Below, in pieces: positions 37,974-42,174 of a DNA stretch of 42,174 nt. Made by a program: the position numbers and the translations under genes. Position 1 is the stretch's first letter. Each line of letters opens with the position of its first letter. The stretch is from the NCBI GenBank assembly GCA_030830105.1, contig JAURNP010000207.1, positions 1-42,174 of the forward strand. The letters run 5' to 3'. This DNA comes from Rhodothermales bacterium (lineage in GTDB: Bacteria > Bacteroidota > Rhodothermia > Rhodothermales > UBA10348). The notes beneath the pieces are model-generated. The model searched no databases and was not told the origin of the DNA. It saw only the letters and a list, made by a program, of their open reading frames with translations.

Positions 37974-38894
37974 TTAATCCCGCGACTCTACCGCAGGAAG
38001 CGCCATCAACCAATCCATCAGCGCGGGTCCTATTTCCTGCGACCAGGCTTCAGAATTCGGCGCAATAACCTCGAAATGACTCGCTTCCTCAAAGAAATGA
38101 ACCCGTACCTCATCACCAGCTGAGGTAGCCACTTCGGCATACGCCGAGATCTGCTGCCACGGAATGACATAATCCTGGCGGCCGTGTAAGAAAAGCTGTG
38201 GCGTACCCAGGGGAAGACGTTCGGCGGGTGATGCTTCGGCGTAGCGCTCAGGCAAATCGTCGGGAGTGTCGTCCATCAACTGCAAGACGGCCTCCCCACA
38301 TGGATTGACCTCCTGCGCTACGTGAGCCCTAAGGTCTGCGATACCACCCAGACTCACCGCCCCTGCCAGCTGAAGCGGGTCGGTCGCATAGAGGGCATCA
38401 CCCGGCCTGTAACCATCTCGTCCCGCTGCCCAGAGAGCCAGATGCCCACCCGCGGAGTGTCCCATGGCGACTACGCGCGAAGTATCCAGGTCAAAGTTCC
38501 CGGCGAGTTCGCGAACGTAGTCGACACCCGCTCCTACATCATCAAATGTCCCGGTCCACCCTCCGCCATTATCATTGGCCTGGCGATGGGAGAGACTCCA
38601 TGTAGCCCAGCCACGATCTGTGACCGCATCCATGAGCGGCTCAACATGCCGCGGTCGGTGCAGGCCCACCCAGCAACCCCCGTGCATCATGACCACCACC
38701 GGATGAGGGCCCTCTCCTTCCGGAATACGCAAGACACCCCACTGTAAGGAGTCAGCCCCGTAGGCAATGCGCTGATCCTCTTCGATCTGCGGGTATTCGA
38801 AGTCACCAGGTCCGAGAAACTGGGCGCTCGATGGAAGGGCAAGCAGGCCAAGCAATGCAACCGTGAGGCACTTCTTGAACAGGGTCATGATCAT
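37974..38894 (-). CDS. Secreted alpha/beta hydrolase (esterase/lipase-like)
   Basis: Signal peptide ending SSAQ, HGGCW oxyanion motif, GHSAGG nucleophile, HG.QD, HF. Start at 38894 or 38888. Confidence 0.88.
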   Translation of the reverse strand: MIMTLFKKCLTVALLGLLALPSSAQFLGPGDFEYPQIEEDQRIAYGADSLQWGVLRIPEGEGPHPVVVMMHGGCWVGLHRPRHVEPLMDAVTDRGWATWSLSHRQANDNGGGWTGTFDDVGAGVDYVRELAGNFDLDTSRVVAMGHSAGGHLALWAAGRDGYRPGDALYATDPLQLAGAVSLGGIADLRAHVAQEVNPCGEAVLQLMDDTPDDLPERYAEASPAERLPLGTPQLFLHGRQDYVIPWQQISAYAEVATSAGDEVRVHFFEEASHFEVIAPNSEAWSQEIGPALMDWLMALPAVESRD

Positions 38895-39007
38895 GCATGC
38901 TAAATGGAAGGGGTCGCCAAATCTAGCGACCGCGCCAACCACACGTTGGCGGGTCATCGAATTTTACGAACGCGAGCAAGGATGTCTGCGCGCCGTGATT
39001 GAACGGG

Positions 39008-39556
39008 TCAGAACCTGAACTCCGGTGCGACCCAGGTAAGTGAATCACCCAATAGACCATCGGCAAAACTGACCACCTCACCGTTTTCCGGCTCGAAGCG
39101 GATCAGCATAAACATCGCCTCCCGGTCCGGATAAAAAGAAGCCCAGGAGGGACGCCAGTACCGCTCTTTCATCTCAGGATCGTCCACCATTGTTGCCATG
39201 CCACGCAGCGTGACGTAGCCACCTCCATTCGGGGCCTGGTAGTACAACGTCGCCCGTGCATCGTTTTGGATTTCTTGCACCTTGGCGCTGTTGCGGTTCG
39301 TTCCCATCCAGATCACGAACTCTCCCGAGTCCGGAGGCGTGGCATCAAGAATGCGCGCCTGCGGATGTCCTTCGGCATCCAACGTGATCAGCGTGACGTG
39401 CCGGGAAGAAGCTACGATGTCCCAGCCAGCCTGGTGAACCTCGCTCCATTCCATGGTACGATCCGCAACCGGTTCAGGCGAAGAGGGATCGGCTGGCTCT
39501 TGACATGCCGCCATCATGAGGGCTACCAAGGCAAGAAGCGTACATGTGGTGCGCAT
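39008..39556 (-). CDS. Pyridoxamine-5'-phosphate-oxidase-like (general stress protein 26-like) lipoprotein
   Basis: Lipobox MAAC; LITLD..G.PQAR, TN..S.KV.EI, YV.L.G.A, K..YW...W..FYP. Confidence 0.8.
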   Translation of the reverse strand: MRTTCTLLALVALMMAACQEPADPSSPEPVADRTMEWSEVHQAGWDIVASSRHVTLITLDAEGHPQARILDATPPDSGEFVIWMGTNRNSAKVQEIQNDARATLYYQAPNGGGYVTLRGMATMVDDPEMKERYWRPSWASFYPDREAMFMLIRFEPENGEVVSFADGLLGDSLTWVAPEFRF

Positions 39557-39560
39557 GAAA

Positions 39561-41264
39561 TCAGCGCCCTACCGCGGCGAGTCCCTGCTCGAAGACGATG
39601 TCTACCGGAATACCCTCTGCAGCCAACCGATCCAGGTCGGCCTGCAATTGCTGCGGAACGCGCGCGTATTCGGCCACGAATGCCGCAACGCCTTCGTAGT
39701 CCCCATCACCCTGGAAGCGGAGGATTTTTTCCGTCAAAGCGTTCATCGCGTCGATCATCTTGTCGTAGTCGGCGCTGTACCTGCCCGTTTCCCCATCGCG
39801 GGAGAAGGCGCCCATCTCCAGGAAGTAATTGAACCGGATCATGTTGGCGCGGCCATGGGCGCTCGAAGCTCCGAACCGCACACTGCGGAAGATTCCGGCC
39901 AGGAAGGTGACCATGTTGTCGCGGATGTCCCCTTCCACTTCGCCGGCGTCCATCAACGCGGATACCATGTAGAGACCGAGAATGTCCGCTTTTCCCTCTT
40001 CAAGGGCTGACGCGTGTTCTTTCAACGCTCCACGTACGGTATTCGAACCGTCGAGCGTGTTCTTGATGCCCAGGCCGTGCGCCACTTCGTGGAACATGGT
40101 ATTGCCAAAAAAGGCATCAAATGTCACGTGCTGACGCTGATCCTGTGCGATCAGCACTTCCGAAATCGGAACCAGGATCTTGTCGAACTTGGCTTGCATC
40201 GAGTTTTTGAGCTGAAGACGACGCGTGCCTTTGGCCAGCTGCACCTGCTCGTCATTGGGCAGGTTGATGGCGATGGTCTTCGAGCCTGCATTTGTATCCC
40301 CAGCGTAATAGATCGCATCGTATGCATTCAAATCGGAGTCTGTACCGGGCGTCTCTTGCTTGTATTCGGGAGGCACTGATAGTCCTTCCTGCAGCATCGG
40401 AAGCAGCTGGGCATATCGGGAAAGCCGCTCACTCCAGGACATGTCTTTTATCAGAACGAAAGCTTCAGCGGCGGCCTTGTAGCCGAAGAGTGCGTCTTCG
40501 TAGGTCTCGATGGGACCAACGACCATTTCAATTCGATTGTCCTTCATGTCCATCCAGGCCATGTCGCTTTCGAAATACTCTCCCGTCACCAGCGCTTCGG
40601 CGCGCAGCGTGAGGTATGTTCGCAGACCTGGGTCATCCGCAAACTCAGCTGCTGCCAGTAATTCTTCGGAAGCGCGCTGCATTTCATCGGCGAAGGCCTC
40701 GTGATATGGAATCGCTTCGAGCGACTCGTTGGCATCACGCACGACCATGGTGTACAATCCGGCGAGGCTAGGATCTTGGGCCGCTGCAGCCTCGAACTCT
40801 TCCTTGGACACATCCCGCGGGTACATATTGGCGCCGGCAGGTTTGTCGCCTACACCACCGATGAACGGGGCGTTGCCACCAATTCTGTCCCACGGACCGT
40901 AATTGATTTTTGCGTACTCGCGCAGGGCCAGATCCTCGATGGAATTGAGCAACTCTTCCCGATCCCCGTAGGCCTGCTTCCAAAAGATGGATTCCATCTC
41001 ATCTGCGGCTGCAAAAAGGTGTGGAAGCATTCGACATTCATTCTCGCTGAGGACGCCCAGATCTGTAGCGAGTCGGAAGGACGTGTACTGGGAAAGCAGG
41101 TCGCGGCCGAACTCACTTCCTTCGCTCATGTCGACGTCAATCTGGATCATGGTCCCTTCTTAGCCGAGAAAAGCGGCGCATTCAAATTCATTGGTGGCAC
41201 TGCCGCATCCATTCAGGATGACGATGGCAGCAAGAACGGATAGCGAGGTAGTAATGCGTTGCAT
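39561..41264 (-). CDS. Zn-dependent hydrolase, DPP III (M49)-like with HEXXH; in-frame TAA after the lipoprotein signal peptide
   Basis: INYGPWD, GPIETYED, AINLPND, FHEVAHG, LEEGKAD. An upstream in-frame ATG at 41264 encodes MQRITTSLSVLAAIVILNGC but is interrupted by TAA at 41160-41162. The intact downstream ORF starts at 41150. Confidence 0.82.
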
Positions 41265-41303
41265 GGCGCGATCTATTCGGTGATACAATCAGGGTGGACG
41301 CGT

Positions 41304-42174
41304 TTAGTAGGTAGGTGCAAGGTCGCTGTCGCCCAGAACGACAAAGTCGCCCAGACCCGTGTGTGCTTCGAGATCAAATGTAGAAGGATCTTCGACACTC
41401 TGCACGGAGATGATCAGGGTGCGGGTTCCGGGGCGATACTGGCGGAGGTGTTCTGGCGTCCCGGTGCCGGATTCGACATGGAAGCCGCCAACAAAGTGGG
41501 CAACCTTCGCGCCGGGACGGCGCGTCATGTGCTCAGCGATGGACCAGGCCATCGTGGCATCCCAGAGGGCCTGAGCGTCAAGCATGGATCCACCGCCGTG
41601 CTGTGGCTGAGTGGTAGGTGCCTCGTGGGTAGCGGCTTGATCCGCAGCATCCCCATGGTCCATTCCAGCGTGGTCCATTTCAGCATGGTCCATCTCGCCG
41701 TGATCCATGGCCGCGTGGTCTGCCTCTCCTTCAGCAACTTCTTGCTGATCTTCCTGTGCCGCTCGCATGGCCTCCATGGCTGCGGCCATCACCTGATTCC
41801 ACTGCGCTTCGTACTCCTGAGAAGCTGCAGCGTAGGGTTGGGGAGCGAGATAACGGCGGGCCTGGTCGGACAGGGACTCCAGCGAAGACCGTCCGCCACG
41901 CGAGACCATGTTCGCATAGCGTCGCGGGGCATTGGCTGCGATCACCGCCAAGGCGTTTGCCTTTGCAAACTCTACAAGCGGACGGTAGTCGGTCTCGTAA
42001 TTGGACCAGGGGCTGCTCGATTGCTGGAAATGAGAGTCTGAAATCAGACCCGTCAGGTACTCGTCCACGATGTACTGCACGTCCCTGGCAAACATCTCCA
42101 AGCTGAGGGCTGCCGCGTGTCCGTGCGCATCAAACCATCCTTGCAGAACGCGCTGCTCGATGAAGTGGGAAACC
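41304..42174 (-). CDS. ChaN-family (heme-binding uptake/Tiki-like) protein, 5' partial
   Basis: LSLEMF, W.NY..DY.PLVEFAK, IAANAPR, AQALWDATMA.SI, G.FH. The frame is open to the window edge. Confidence 0.85.
   Translation of the reverse strand, partial: VSHFIEQRVLQGWFDAHGHAAALSLEMFARDVQYIVDEYLTGLISDSHFQQSSSPWSNYETDYRPLVEFAKANALAVIAANAPRRYANMVSRGGRSSLESLSDQARRYLAPQPYAAASQEYEAQWNQVMAAAMEAMRAAQEDQQEVAEGEADHAAMDHGEMDHAEMDHAGMDHGDAADQAATHEAPTTQPQHGGGSMLDAQALWDATMAWSIAEHMTRRPGAKVAHFVGGFHVESGTGTPEHLRQYRPGTRTLIISVQSVEDPSTFDLEAHTGLGDFVVLGDSDLAPTY
41652..41720 (-). repeat. 15-bp tandem coding repeat encoding (M)DHxx five times
   Basis: TGGTCCAT/TGATCCAT at 41656, 41671, 41686 and 41701, partial at 41716. 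Protein DHAAMDHGEMDHAEMDHAGMDHG. Confidence 0.85.

Overview
A 42-kb stretch of core chromosome from a moderately GC-rich bacterium. It is most likely Rhodothermota/Bacteroidota (inference from the porX-tsaE pair, a Rho with a long charged N-terminal insertion, and TAnnTT(T)G promoter elements). About 35 mostly housekeeping CDS are present: cca, nrdJ, queD, gdhA, aroE, nadE, ruvA, mscS, a SAM-I-riboswitch-controlled metB-metX-SDR-aspartokinase-asd operon, a J-domain protein, biotin carboxylase, trmB, ferritin, porX, tsaE, folC, rho, an MFS transporter, htpG, a DPP III-like peptidase and a ChaN-like protein. I saw no tRNA, rRNA, CRISPR array, IS element or phage gene. Most notable: (1) the SAM-regulated aspartate-to-cystathionine operon has no homoserine dehydrogenase, and an overlapping SDR sits between metX and the aspartokinase (candidate non-orthologous replacement); (2) the ~700-bp region upstream of nrdJ holds DnaA-box-like sites plus five copies of an unexplained CCGTTAT motif (candidate oriC or DnaA-regulated promoter); (3) several gene lesions: two mid-gene breaks near 21.8 kb and 27.3 kb, and an in-frame TAA cutting off a lipoprotein signal peptide; (4) helically phased OmpR/PhoB-like boxes and a duplicated 26-bp leader motif. 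All calls were made by eye from motifs; no searches were run.
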